A DNA stretch of 63,533 nt, filler included. It is 13 parts of 13 records of this genome, joined end to end, with 100 filler letters (N's around TTAATTAATTAA, not from the genome) between each part and the next. Parts side by side here need not be neighbours in the genome. Positions count along the whole stretch, not along the records: positions 21,017 to 25,083 come from SRR7504441_8400; positions 25,184 to 28,485 come from SRR7504441_8403; positions 28,586 to 39,299 come from SRR7504441_8413; 10 more parts are not named here. One strand, given 5' to 3'. The number at the start of each line of letters is the position of its first letter. Positions within the stretch are counted from its first letter, which is position 1. Of this stretch, positions 21,362-32,175 are shown piece by piece. Under the pieces are notes generated by a model that was given only the letters and a program-made list of their open reading frames with translations, searched no databases and was not told where the DNA came from. A program made the position numbers and the translations under genes.

Positions 21362-24300
21362 ATGGAGGGTCGGGCTGACCGGCTGCTCGGGATTGCTCGG
21401 GAGGCACCGTGGACGAGCCCAAGGAGTCCAAGGCCGAGCTCAACTGAGCCCCGGCCGACAAGCTACGACGCCGACGGCGATGGCAAGCTGAGTGCGGAGG
21501 AACGCCGCAAGATGAAGAAGGGGGTGAAGGCCGGGGATCTGGATGGGGACGGCCGGCTTGATGCGGAGGAGATGGCCCAACTGCCGGACTTTAAATCGGT
21601 GGCCGGGGCCAACGTCGAGATGGCCCAGCTGGACGAGGCCGCCATCATTGCCCGCGGGGACGAGGATGAGCCACATATGGACGAGGAGGAGGAGGAGATG
21701 GAGGCGGCTGAGCTGCTGCTCCATCACAAGAAACACGTGCAGAAGGACAAAGTGATCAACCGGCTGATCCGTTACAGGCGCCGAACCGTCCGCCGCGGGC
21801 CGACGGCAGCGGACAGGTTTAATCGGCGGGCATATTTGAGTTTGCTGGTGTTTGTTGGGTTTGTACTGATCTTCATGTGAGCCCCGCCAGTGGGCGTGTG
21901 CTCAATCGGCGGCGGCAGGTGCTGCATGACACTCCAGTACCGCCCGTCCACGGTGGGCGCGATGAGCTTCAACTCGAGAGTCAACTTCAGCAAAGTCTCA
22001 GCGTGCGGCCCCGGCCAGCTGCTGTCTCACTGAGCGGTCCACAGCCAAACCAAAGACATGACCGACCTGACCAAGTTCTGGAGCTGGGTCACCGACAGCC
22101 TAGTCCCGTTCATGTTCGGCACCCCGCGGACCAAGAGTGTAAAGCCAGGCCAGCCTCCAACGCTTGTCGGGTACCGGCTCGGAGACCTCTCTGTCCTGGT
22201 GCCGTCGCAGCGCAGCGCGGTGCTGAGGTGCCGCAGGTGTCCGGAGTGGCAATCACGGCGGTGCAGCGGGATAGAGTCCCGTGCGCCGGCGCCAGCATGG
22301 TCGACCCGCATCCCGACAAGACGTGTTTCGCGCCACGGAACGACGCCCCCGACTTTAGCTTAAACAAGCACAGCACGATCTTCCTGCCGAGCGTCATGAG
22401 CAAGGACCAGCTGATCGAACTGCTCAGATACCACCAAGAGGCCGGCACAGTGATGCCGGGGACTTACGCGATTCTGGTCGAGTACTTACAGTACAACCCT
22501 TCAACCGAAGTGCTCTCACTGCTCAGGTTTGAGCTGATTGAAGATATTGCGGGACACTGGAAGGTCGGCTGGGCGCCAGGCTGAGCCAATCGGTAGGGCA
22601 GGGGTACACCAGCGTGACTACGATGCCACGGCAGCTGTATCCCAAAGGCATGCACACCGTGCTCAGTGGCTTGCTGAGCTTGAGTGCAGAGCTGTTCTGG
22701 CGGCTAATGCAGCACTTGCTCGAGTTTGGCACCCTAGCGCTCGGAAGCTTCCTGGTGGGCTCGTACTTCGTTGGAGTCCAGATCAACTTCCCCGAATACC
22801 TGCCCGCGTGCCTCCAGAGGAGTGCATCGGCTCGCAACCACTGGCTGGACATACCGAGCTATGAGACATCGCCCGGAGACTCTCGCATGTTCTGGCTCAC
22901 TTCGCTCGTGCTGCATGTTCTCTCGGCGATAATGGTGTCCATGTGGATTCACATGCTCTTTGATTTCCGGCGGATGGGCCACATTGTCCAGCTGCAGTCT
23001 CGCAGCCTAGAATACGCGACCTCCGCGAGCAGCTTGGACGATCACGAACTGGTCCAGTTTTCTCAAGCGTATGGCAAGGAATACCTGCGAGTGCATGACG
23101 TGAGCATTCTGCGCACTGCGGGCGTTGAGTGGTGGCGTTGTAGGCGATCGGGCAGACTGCGTGGTGGTACTATCACTATTTCCTGCTCGCAGGGGTGGTC
23201 AGTGTTGTGCTCACCTTCCGACTGTTCGAATACCTGCACTTTCAAAAGAAACTCAGTGTGATCACAGAAACTTTCATACAATCCATGGGCGAGCTAGCAC
23301 ACTTGTTCTTTGTACTGGCCATTACAGTCAACGGCTTTGCGTTCGCCATGTTTATGACTTTGGGAAACCAGGTGACATGCAAATATGACAAAAGCCTCTA
23401 AGCATAGGGCTGCAGGTTAGCGCCTTCGGCAGCTTTTGGAAGTCAGTTTACAACTCATGGCAAATGGTGATGAACACATGGAAGGCATGTGCCTCTTGCC
23501 GCGCGGGGACTGACGTCGTCGGTCGCAGGTGAAGCCAAAGCAAATAGAGAACGTGGGCCCGGGAGTGTCCACCTTGGCCCAGGTGTGACTTCTGGCCAGC
23601 GGTATGGCTCATTGCACTCGGGCAGGTGCTCGTCATGTGCTTTCGGATGTTTGTCATCCTTCTACTACTCAAGATGCTCTTCGCCATGATATTTGAAGGG
23701 TACAAAAAAGTGACCCGCAGCAAGTCCAAGAAAGGCAATTCGGTGCTCAAAGACATTTACGAGATCATGTGGCACCAATTCAACACTTCAAGCGCCTTCC
23801 TGCTGGGCACTTGCTATGTCAGCCCAGTCGAGCTGGAGGTGGCGCTCCGCGACGACACACTCACGGAGGAAAAGCTCGGGGCCTTTGCGCTGGTGGGCTG
23901 CTCGTGAAGTTAGAGCTGAGTGTGCTCACAGATAAAGCAGCTGCGCAAGGTGTTCCCGGACAAGGGGTTCGGGCTTGGGCATGCTGAGTGGGTCCTGAAC
24001 AAGTACGGCACCCTGGACCCTTATTCCGACAACTACGGGAGCACAGCTCCATCTGAGGAGGCAGCCTCCGAGCTGCCAGGCAAAGGCTCAGATTGGGTTG
24101 TGGCCAGGAGCGTCAGCACATCCAGGCTACATTCGACGAGTTTGACTATGACCACTCGGGCTTTATTGACCAGAGAGAGCTCCGCCAGGCGTTTATTCGG
24201 ATGGGAGTCCCCGAAATGAAAGCGGATAGGATGCGAGCGGTGCGCCCTTCACTGGCGCATTTGTTGTAACTGGGAGTAGGTGCTGTCACACGTCGGGTGC

Positions 24301-24646
24301 TCAGGCCCTAGGGCCGAACTGGACATCGACCAGGTACGTCTTGCTTCATGCCTGATACTATCTGATGTTTGCGCAGTTTTGTGCTGTGCTCACCGGGCAT
24401 CGGATGGACGGCACGGCCATGCTGTCGTCGGATGCACACGCAGAGGGGAAAATGTCGAAGAAAGACATGCTCCGGATGTCTCTTGAGCGCTACAACACCT
24501 GTCCCCAACCCCAGGGCGCGGCAGAGTTCGAAATGACATTTGGCAAGAAGGCAACAGAGTTGTTGGCGGCTGGAAAATCAGACGAAGAAACTTTCCACGA
24601 AGCCAATAACCCTTTCTTCAGTCGAACGTGGGAAGATATTCCCTGA
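21362..24646 (+). CDS. Polycystin-2/TRPP-like cation channel with an N-terminal EF-hand pair (many introns)
   Basis: EF loops DADGDGKLSAEE and DLDGDGRLDAEE. Channel-region segments FWSWVTDSLVP, YAILVEYLQYNPSTE, FRLFEYLHFQKKLSVITETF and GFAFAMFMTLGNQ; S6-like FRMFVILLLLKMLFAMIFEGY. Confidence 0.75.
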
Positions 24647-25188
24647 GACACAGTGTCTCAAGGAAGGTCTTAGTTCCATGTTCGATTGGAGTGCCTGCCA
24701 AGTTTTACTATACCAGCACAGGGCTCTAGGCCAGTAAGTCTCCGATTTTGTGCTATTCTTACGAAGGCCTAGCATTTAGCTCTTGATCTACTATGTAGAT
24801 CCTAGGTATAGCATTTAGGTACCTATCTAGATAGACATAGAATGCACATGCGGTGCGCCAATAGTTAGAGCACTGGTACATGTACTTAGTTAATCATGTA
24901 GTTAATCATGCTAGAATTATTACATGCAGATCACTTTCATCTTGATTGTGTTGTGTCTTTATTAAGATATCAAGACTAATCCATGGGAGAGAGAGTGGAT
25001 TCATTTACTCGTTAATTACTAGTTAATTTATTACGGCTACATTACGGCTACATTACAACAAGCAGCGCGCCGTCGGCCACGCCNNNNNNNNNNNNNNNNN
25101 NNNNNNNNNNNNNNNNNNNNNNNNNNNTTAATTAATTAANNNNNNNNNNNNNNNNNNNNNNNNNNNNNNNNNNNNNNNNNNNNGCGGC

Positions 25189-28100
25189 ATGTCGAAGGAG
25201 CAGTGCGGCGTCCGGGTGGTGGCCCGGTTCCGGCCGCTCTCGGAAGCTGAGATCAACCGGGGCGAGGCTGAGAAGCAGCCGTTCACTGTCGATGGCCAGG
25301 CAGGCCGCCTAGGTTGTGCGGGGCTGACGGGCCGGCAGGCGGTCAAGGACTTGCAGTCATACCTCGGGCGGCAGTACGTGCTAGACGCAGTGCTCGACCA
25401 GCAGATGGACCAACCTGACGTCTACGCGGCCGCCGCCGACGAGACCGTCCAAGAAGTCCTCAAGGGATACAACGTGCCGTCCGCCCGTCCGGCCCAGCTC
25501 ACCCGGGGCGCAGGGGACTCTGTTCGCCTACGGACAGACAGGCGGGCCGAGCGGGGGGGGGGCGCGTGGCGATCGGGCGGGCAGGCGCGGGTAAGTCGTA
25601 CACCATGTTCGGGGCCAATCGGCAGGCCAAGCGTGGGATCGTGCCGCGGTCGGTGGAGGCAGTGTTTCAGTTCGTAGAGGCGCCCGGCTGCCCTGCGCGC
25701 CCGATCCTGTGGGCGGCAGGAGACAGAGCAGGCGTTCGGGGTCAAGCCGACCGTGTCTGGGATAGCGCACGTCGAGGTGGTCTGCTCATTCTTCCAGATC
25801 TACAATGAACAGGTGCTCGAGGGGCCAGGCCCAGCTGATAGTGTGACAGGTGCTTGACCTACTCAACCCGGGCAAGGGGGGCGGGCTGGCCGTGCGGCAG
25901 TCGGTGGACCGGGGAGTGTATGTTGAGGGGCTAAAGGAGCTGGAGTGCAAGACCGTGGACGAGGTGATGGAGCTGATCACATACGGCGAGTCAAACAGGG
26001 TGGTGGCGAGCACAGCGATGAACGCCGAGTCCTCACGATCGCACTCGGTCTTCTGCCTCGAGCTGCACCAGAAGCTGCGCGATGGGTTTGTCAAGGTCTC
26101 CTGCTTGTCACGTGTGTGGCTCAGCCGGGCGGGCAGAGCTCGTCCAAGCTTTACATGGCTGACCTGGCCGGATCGGAGCGGATCGCCCGCTCAAAGGTGT
26201 CAGGGCAGGGGATGCAGGAAGCACTGGCCATCAACTCGTCGCTCACAGCACTTGGTGACCTGCTGGTTGGCTAGCAGCCAGCTCGGGTCAGGAAAGTGTA
26301 TCAAAGCGCTCACAGAACACGGCCGATCGCACATTCCGTTCAGGGAGAGCAAACTCACCTACATCCTGCAGGATTCACTGGCCGGCAACTCCAAAACCAC
26401 CCTGATCGTGGCGCTGAGTCCGCACGTGTCTAATCACGAGGAGACTGTGGCCACTCTCCAGTTTGCAGAGCGCTGCAAGCTGCTCACCAACACCGTCAAG
26501 AAGAGCGTGATCCGCTCATCAGCGGAGCTCAACGCCCTGGTGCAGCAGCTCACCGCCGAGCTCGAGGCACTCAAGGGTGACAGCCTGCCCGACCTGTCGT
26601 CTGAGCCGATGGGCAGCCTACAACAAGTTGCTAGAAGAGGCACTCAAAGCTGCTGGGCTCCCGCTGCCGGAAGGCTCACCCGTGGGCGAGCTTCAAGATG
26701 AACCAGGAGAGAGCCCGCAGGAGGCGGCTGCAGCGGTGGCCGAGGCTCGCGAAGCAATGGAGATGGCACTATCATCCGGGGACATTGCTGCAATGGAGGA
26801 GGCTCAGGTCAAATTGGAAGAGGCAGAAGCCTATCACGACCGGGTCGTCAAGCAGAAAGACGCCGGCCCGTCTGCGGACGCCGCTGGACTCAAGGCACCT
26901 GGCGGTGACGGCTGGGCCGAACTGGGTTGCAGGTTGAGCTTGAGCTGCTGAAGGAGCAGTATGAGCTCCAGGCCGAGGAGCTGGCGAGCGCGCTGGCGGA
27001 GGTGGAGGCAATGGAGGAGGTGAGCCTGCGCAAGTGCGGCGAGATGAAGGAGGAGCTGGACGCGATGAAGGAGGAGCTTGATGAGCAGACTGAGGAGCGT
27101 GCAAACGGGATCAAGCAGCTTGCCGTGCTCAGTCACAAACTTGCCCAGGCCGAAGCTGACAACGACAAGACAGTTGCTAGTCTCTGCCAGAAGTCCGGCC
27201 GGATCAAGCAACTCGAGAAAGAGACTGCCCACCAGCAGGAGCGGCTGCAGGCCCTCGAGGAAGAGCTGGAGGCCGGGTGCGAGTCTGGAGCTTGCTGTGC
27301 TGACCTGAGTGGCAAGGTGTGCTGCTTTAGCTCAACGTGAGATCGAGCAGTCGGCGGTCGAGAACAGCAAGCTAGAGGCCGAGAAGAGGGTGCGCGAGCT
27401 CGAGACTCGATGCGAGGAGCTTGGGCACGAGGCTACTGTCCTCAAGGTCGAGGCGCACGGCTCTGGCTGGGCTGAGCCTGTGCAGGAGCACGAGCAGTCG
27501 AGGCTGGCGGCAATCGACAACGCGAACAGCGAACGGGACGCGGCGGAGCAGCGGGCGCAGGAGTCGCTGGCCAGCTTGTCCGAGCTGAAGGGGCAGCTCG
27601 GCGAGTCAGAGGTGCAGCTGCAGGTGCGGCGGGCCGGGCAGCATAGCGTGTGACCTGAGGGCAGAGCCTGAGAGCCGAGCTCGCAGCGCTGCGCGAGGAG
27701 ACTCAAGGGGACGAGGCCAAGGCTCGAGCGGCTCAAGAGATGTCCAAGAAGGCCGAGCTGGAGGCCCAGCTCCTGCAGAGCAACCAGCGGGTCGACGACG
27801 CCAACAGCGAGTTGGAGAGAATGCGGAATCAAGTAGCTGACACACGGTGAGGTCCGTCAGCTAGCTCTACTCGAGCCCACCTGCAGGGCGGAGGCCACAG
27901 TGCAGCTCAAAATGGCCGAGAAGGAGGCGCTGGAGACAAGCAAGACGCTCCAAGAGTCGCTGCGCTCCAATCAGAAGGCAGCTCAGCAGGCTGGCCCAGT
28001 GAGCTCGCAGCAGGTGCTGGAAGACGCTAAAGCCGAGCTGTCGGATAGGCAGCAGCAGCTGACCAAGGTTCAGTCGCACTTCGATCAGGCCCAGGGCCAA

Positions 28101-28485
28101 GTTGCAGCGCTCACTGAGTCGCTCAGCCGGGCCAATGGCTCGTGCCGCGAGCAGGTCTCTGCAAGTGGCCGGTGGGGCGTGACGGATGGCGCAGACCGCG
28201 CTCGCCTCTAAGAGTCAGTTGCGGGTTGAGGAGCTCGAGTCTCAGCTCAAGCAAGAGGAGGCCACAGTCAAACTCGAGCGGGATCGAGTGCAGCAGCTGG
28301 AGAACGAGGCGACAGCCACACCGGCGGCCGGCCTGACTGTGGGTGGACAGAGCCAAGACAAGTCCGTGGACACTGCTGGATACAAGCACGCATTTGAAGT
28401 CATGTGCGAGAATGAGAAGGCATCGGCAGAGCCAGCAGCAGCCCGAGCTGGTGCAGGTGCTCGAGAGCGAGCTTGCCCGGAAGGA
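25189..28485 (+). CDS. Kinesin heavy chain-like motor with coiled-coil stalk (3'-truncated, about 17 introns)
   Basis: VRVVARFRP; spliced P-loop FAYGQTGAGKS; IYNEQVLDLL; switch I NAESSRSH; switch II DLAGSE; HIPFRESKLT. Confidence 0.95.
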
Positions 28486-28760
28486 NNNNNNNNNNNNNNN
28501 NNNNNNNNNNNNNNNNNNNNNNNNNNNNNTTAATTAATTAANNNNNNNNNNNNNNNNNNNNNNNNNNNNNNNNNNNNNNNNNNNNCACTCGACTTTAATA
28601 AATGTAATCACATATCAATAAACGGCTTCAACTCTCTACTCAACATCATGATCGTTACTAGTACGTACTCAACCATGATACAGCCTAATCGGGCATGATT
28701 CCAGATCTATACTTGTAATGTGTGTGAATTGGAGCTTAATTAAGCTGCTTGCAGTTGTAA

Positions 28761-30653
28761 TCAATCGTCATCTGATAGTTCCGAGATTGAGCCTAGCAAG
28801 TCGATCATCTCAAGCCGCTCCTCGTACGAACAATTCGCCCGGAAATCCTTCCAAATCGCCTCGAGCTCCGACTCGTCCGGCTTGTCGTCCGCATCTTCAT
28901 TCAGCTGCCACTTGGCTTTAAACTCCTCATTCGCCACCACCTGTAAGCTAGCCAGAGCGCCCGTACGGTCAGTCGGCAGCGGCAGCGTCTGCTCCCACAT
29001 AGTGGCCTCATACTGCTTGGGCCCCCACACCCGCTTGATGCACTCTCGGAATATATCCTCGCCGACCGCCATCAGGCAGCTGGCCACGCCGGGCTCCGTC
29101 GCGCCGGCCCGCTGTTGGTCACACAACGTGCGGCACTTAAGCCAACTGAACCACATCTCGCGCGCGTGCGTCGTGCGCTCCATCAGCTCCTTGCATCCGC
29201 GCAGCCCCACCGCCCCCGCAAAGCTCGCCGCGCTCCCGGTATGTCCAGGCGCCCCCGATTGGTGCAGCCCCACCCCCTCCTGCATCAAGAGCCGCACTAA
29301 GGCCAAGTTGTCGCCCGCCTTGTCGCCGCTGTCGCTGTTCCGTTGGGCCGAGATGATCGCCTTGTGCAGCAGTGACTCGCCGTTCGAGTCGGCGTAGTCG
29401 ACGTGGATCTTCTTGCTCCGGAGCCAACGCCGGATCTTCCTCACATCCTTGACATAGCACGCGGCATCGATCTTCTGCTCCAGCTGGCTCTCACTCTCCG
29501 GCTCACCCTCGTCGCTAGACTGCTCGAGCGAGCTCTGCAGCTCCTGGAACCGCTCGACGAAGGACATGGTCACCTTTTGGCGCTCGGCTTCGGTCATGTT
29601 GTGGTTGTTGTGCGTGGCGTCGATGAAAGAGGCAAACAGCTCCTTCATCTCCTGCATCTCCTCCTCCGGTGTGCCCTTCTCACTCATGTGATCAAATACC
29701 TTCTGGACCTCCGTCCTCATAAAGTCCTCCATGTTGCCCGCCTCGCGAGCCACCTGGCCTTCCCTCATCTTGTCCCGCATCACACTGTACAAGCTCTGCT
29801 GGAACACGTAAAGCGCCTCGCCTTCCAAGTTCTTTAAGTCCAGCCCCTCCTGCAGCGCTTCACCGATCGCTGCCCCGAGCCCGTGCCGGTTGGCAATCTC
29901 CTTGAGGTCCTCGCGTATCTCGCTCGCTTGTATCCCTCCATTCCTCTCCATCTGCCTAGCCTGGTTCATCCATTCCTGCAGAGAGCCGTCCTCCAACTCT
30001 AGGCAACCAGCAGTCTCTGCGTACAGCCGGTGCTGCCGGAGCGCCATCTCGTTGGCGATGTACTCCGGGTCAGTCTGGTCGAGCAGCCGCAGGCAGCGCC
30101 CGATGAATGCGCCAGCTCCCTCCACCGCCGTCAGGCACTCCTCCCTCAGGCTCATTCCGGCCCCACCCGAGTCCAACCGCACGTTCCACCGGCGCTTGGT
30201 CTGGTCATACTGCAAGAGGATGGCGGTCTGACCGTTGAGCTCCGGCCGGCTGGCGATCCCGTCGATCCGCACCGCGCCCCCCTGGACCAACGGATAAGCC
30301 AGCGGCAAGTAAAATGGGATCTGGGCCGCCCCTGGCGGGGTCAGCATCTGGAGCCGCTGCCGGGATAGCCGCACTTCCACCCACCCAGTTGGCTGGTCAG
30401 GGCACGGGGAGCCCTTGACGATGTCACCCTCGGCCAGCGCGGTGGCCCAGTGCGGCTCGGCCCCCGGCGGCGGCAGGCAGGCGGCTTCGTAGTGTGGCTG
30501 GTGGTGGAGCAGCAGCGCCCCAAGCACTTTGTACGCGCTCAGCGGCGGCTCAGCAGGCTCGGCAGGCGGCTCGGCAGGCTCGGCCGGAGGCTCGGCCGGA
30601 GGCTCGGTAGGCTCGGCCGGCGGTTCAGGCAGGATTCCAGCTGGCTCCTCCAT
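28761..30653 (-). CDS. Ankyrin-repeat protein with a PPAE repeat and an algal-type GLxSRPELNG-like domain
   Basis: ATG at 30653 (MEEPAG); VRIDGIASRPELNGQTA...RWNVRL; ankyrin-like VDYADSNGESLLHKA and LVRLLMQEG. Confidence 0.7.
   Translation of the reverse strand: MEEPAGILPEPPAEPTEPPAEPPAEPAEPPAEPAEPPLSAYKVLGALLLHHQPHYEAACLPPPGAEPHWATALAEGDIVKGSPCPDQPTGWVEVRLSRQRLQMLTPPGAAQIPFYLPLAYPLVQGGAVRIDGIASRPELNGQTAILLQYDQTKRRWNVRLDSGGAGMSLREECLTAVEGAGAFIGRCLRLLDQTDPEYIANEMALRQHRLYAETAGCLELEDGSLQEWMNQARQMERNGGIQASEIREDLKEIANRHGLGAAIGEALQEGLDLKNLEGEALYVFQQSLYSVMRDKMREGQVAREAGNMEDFMRTEVQKVFDHMSEKGTPEEEMQEMKELFASFIDATHNNHNMTEAERQKVTMSFVERFQELQSSLEQSSDEGEPESESQLEQKIDAACYVKDVRKIRRWLRSKKIHVDYADSNGESLLHKAIISAQRNSDSGDKAGDNLALVRLLMQEGVGLHQSGAPGHTGSAASFAGAVGLRGCKELMERTTHAREMWFSWLKCRTLCDQQRAGATEPGVASCLMAVGEDIFRECIKRVWGPKQYEATMWEQTLPLPTDRTGALASLQVVANEEFKAKWQLNEDADDKPDESELEAIWKDFRANCSYEERLEMIDLLGSISELSDDD
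30543..30626 (-). repeat. Coding tandem repeat (EPPA/EPA units)
   Basis: Repeated ggctcggc(a/c)gg units encode PEPPAEPTEPPAEPPAEPAEPPAEPAEPP. Confidence 0.85.
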
Positions 30654-30806
30654 CGCTGTGACGCAGAGTAAATAACGGAAAGTCGAGCCATCGGCTTCCA
30701 AGCTCGCCGCCGCTGCCACCGCCCCCGCGTCCTTCCTCCTCCCCCGCCCTCCGAAGCGCTCGTGGTCCGCCCTCTCCGCTGTCTGCTGGTGCTCGACAAC
30801 AACAGC

Positions 30807-31775
30807 ATGTTGGGGCACCTCCTCCCCCTCCTCCTCGTCCCACACGCCGCCGCTGCCGCCGCCAACCCCAACCTCCGCTTCCTCGGCTTCTACACCTGCG
30901 TGACCCCGCAGGTCGGCAACCAGTGCGAGGAAGGGTTCACCCTGGACCAGGCGGGCGTCGCCACGGCCGCCTTCTCCTCCAACCTCACCACGATCCACCG
31001 CGCGGCGCCGGCCAACATCTCCACCCTCTTCGCCGTCCACGACACCTTCTTCGCCAACGGCGTCGGGCTCCGCACAGACTGGCGACAGGCCTGGTCCCGG
31101 GCCCAGGACGAGATCGAGCCGCTTGTGCAGAGCGGCGCGATCGTCGGCTTTTTCATCGGTGACGAGCTGTTCCCCGGCAAGATCTCGCTCGCAGACTTTG
31201 AGACCTGCCTCGCGGCGCTGGCGGAATACAAGGCCGCGCGCCCGTCCCTCGGCCTGGTCACCTGGGAGAACGAGGGGGGCACCAAGTGGGTGCAGGATTT
31301 CCCCGCGAGCAGCGGCGGGATCCCGGCGGCGCTGGACATCATTAGCACGGACGACTACTACATGTGGGCGAATCGAACGCAGCAGGGGGACACGCCCCAG
31401 GCCCAGGTGGATGGGCACCGCCAGTTCTACAAGGAACAGATCTACCCGCTGCTGCACCCGCACCAACGGGTGTTCATCGTGCCTGGGTCGTTCGCTACGC
31501 GGGACCCGGCGAGCCACGCGGGGTACCCGCTGCAGAACCGCACGTACTGCTACGACGGTACAGCGGCGGGCTGCGACGCGTACATGGCTGCCCAGGCTGA
31601 GGCGTACGCGGCGTGGGCGTTTGCGGACCCCCTGGTGGCGGGGGTGTTTCCTTGGCACTGGGACACGCGGCTGATCGGGGTGGTGACCCCGTACAAGGAG
31701 GTGGGCGTCGTGGACATGCCGAAGACGCGAGCGGCCTGGAAGGCGATCGGCGCGCGGATCCGAAGAGGGCGGTGA
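30807..31775 (+). CDS. Secreted TIM-barrel glycoside hydrolase-like protein, intronless
   Basis: Signal peptide MLGHLLPLLLVPHAAAAA; motifs IVGFFIGDEL, WENEG, LDIISTDDY, VFIVPGSF and GVFPWHW. Confidence 0.65.
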   Translation: MLGHLLPLLLVPHAAAAAANPNLRFLGFYTCVTPQVGNQCEEGFTLDQAGVATAAFSSNLTTIHRAAPANISTLFAVHDTFFANGVGLRTDWRQAWSRAQDEIEPLVQSGAIVGFFIGDELFPGKISLADFETCLAALAEYKAARPSLGLVTWENEGGTKWVQDFPASSGGIPAALDIISTDDYYMWANRTQQGDTPQAQVDGHRQFYKEQIYPLLHPHQRVFIVPGSFATRDPASHAGYPLQNRTYCYDGTAAGCDAYMAAQAEAYAAWAFADPLVAGVFPWHWDTRLIGVVTPYKEVGVVDMPKTRAAWKAIGARIRRGR

Positions 31776-32175
31776 TCTCGTCACTGCGGACACCAACTCG
31801 TCGGCGCGCTCCTGGGACTGGCCCCCGAGCGCCGTGGAGCTGCTGGCGGCAACGAACAGCTGTCGATGATTGCCGCGGAGACCTGCGCCGGGCGGGTTGC
31901 CAGCAGCCGGGCGTCAACCCACGGCGCACAAGCACCCGGCCGACACCAGACTGCCCCCTACTCGTAAATAAGCCAAAGGGAGGGTGTAGGAGGGTGGTAG
32001 GCGGTGCAAGTTGGGCGTGTCCTTCGGGCTTTACGGGTTACGATATCTATCATTTGTGATCCAAAAATGGAATGCATTCATGATCACTAGTCATTCATTC
32101 GAAAAATTAAATAAGAGCCGATGAATTCAATTGCAACAAGACCGATTCATTCAACACGAAATCACAAGTGCTCGA

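Noticed and set aside
25300-28470. Introns as copies of one introner element family
   Set aside because: By eye the intron bodies share length and branch motif but no extended similarity or terminal inverted repeats. An all-vs-all alignment would be needed to exclude old families.
30654-31796. N-terminal 381 aa of the 1011-aa minus-strand ORF
   Set aside because: It is the antisense shadow of the GC-rich plus-strand gene at 30807-31775. The real protein most likely starts at ATG 30653.
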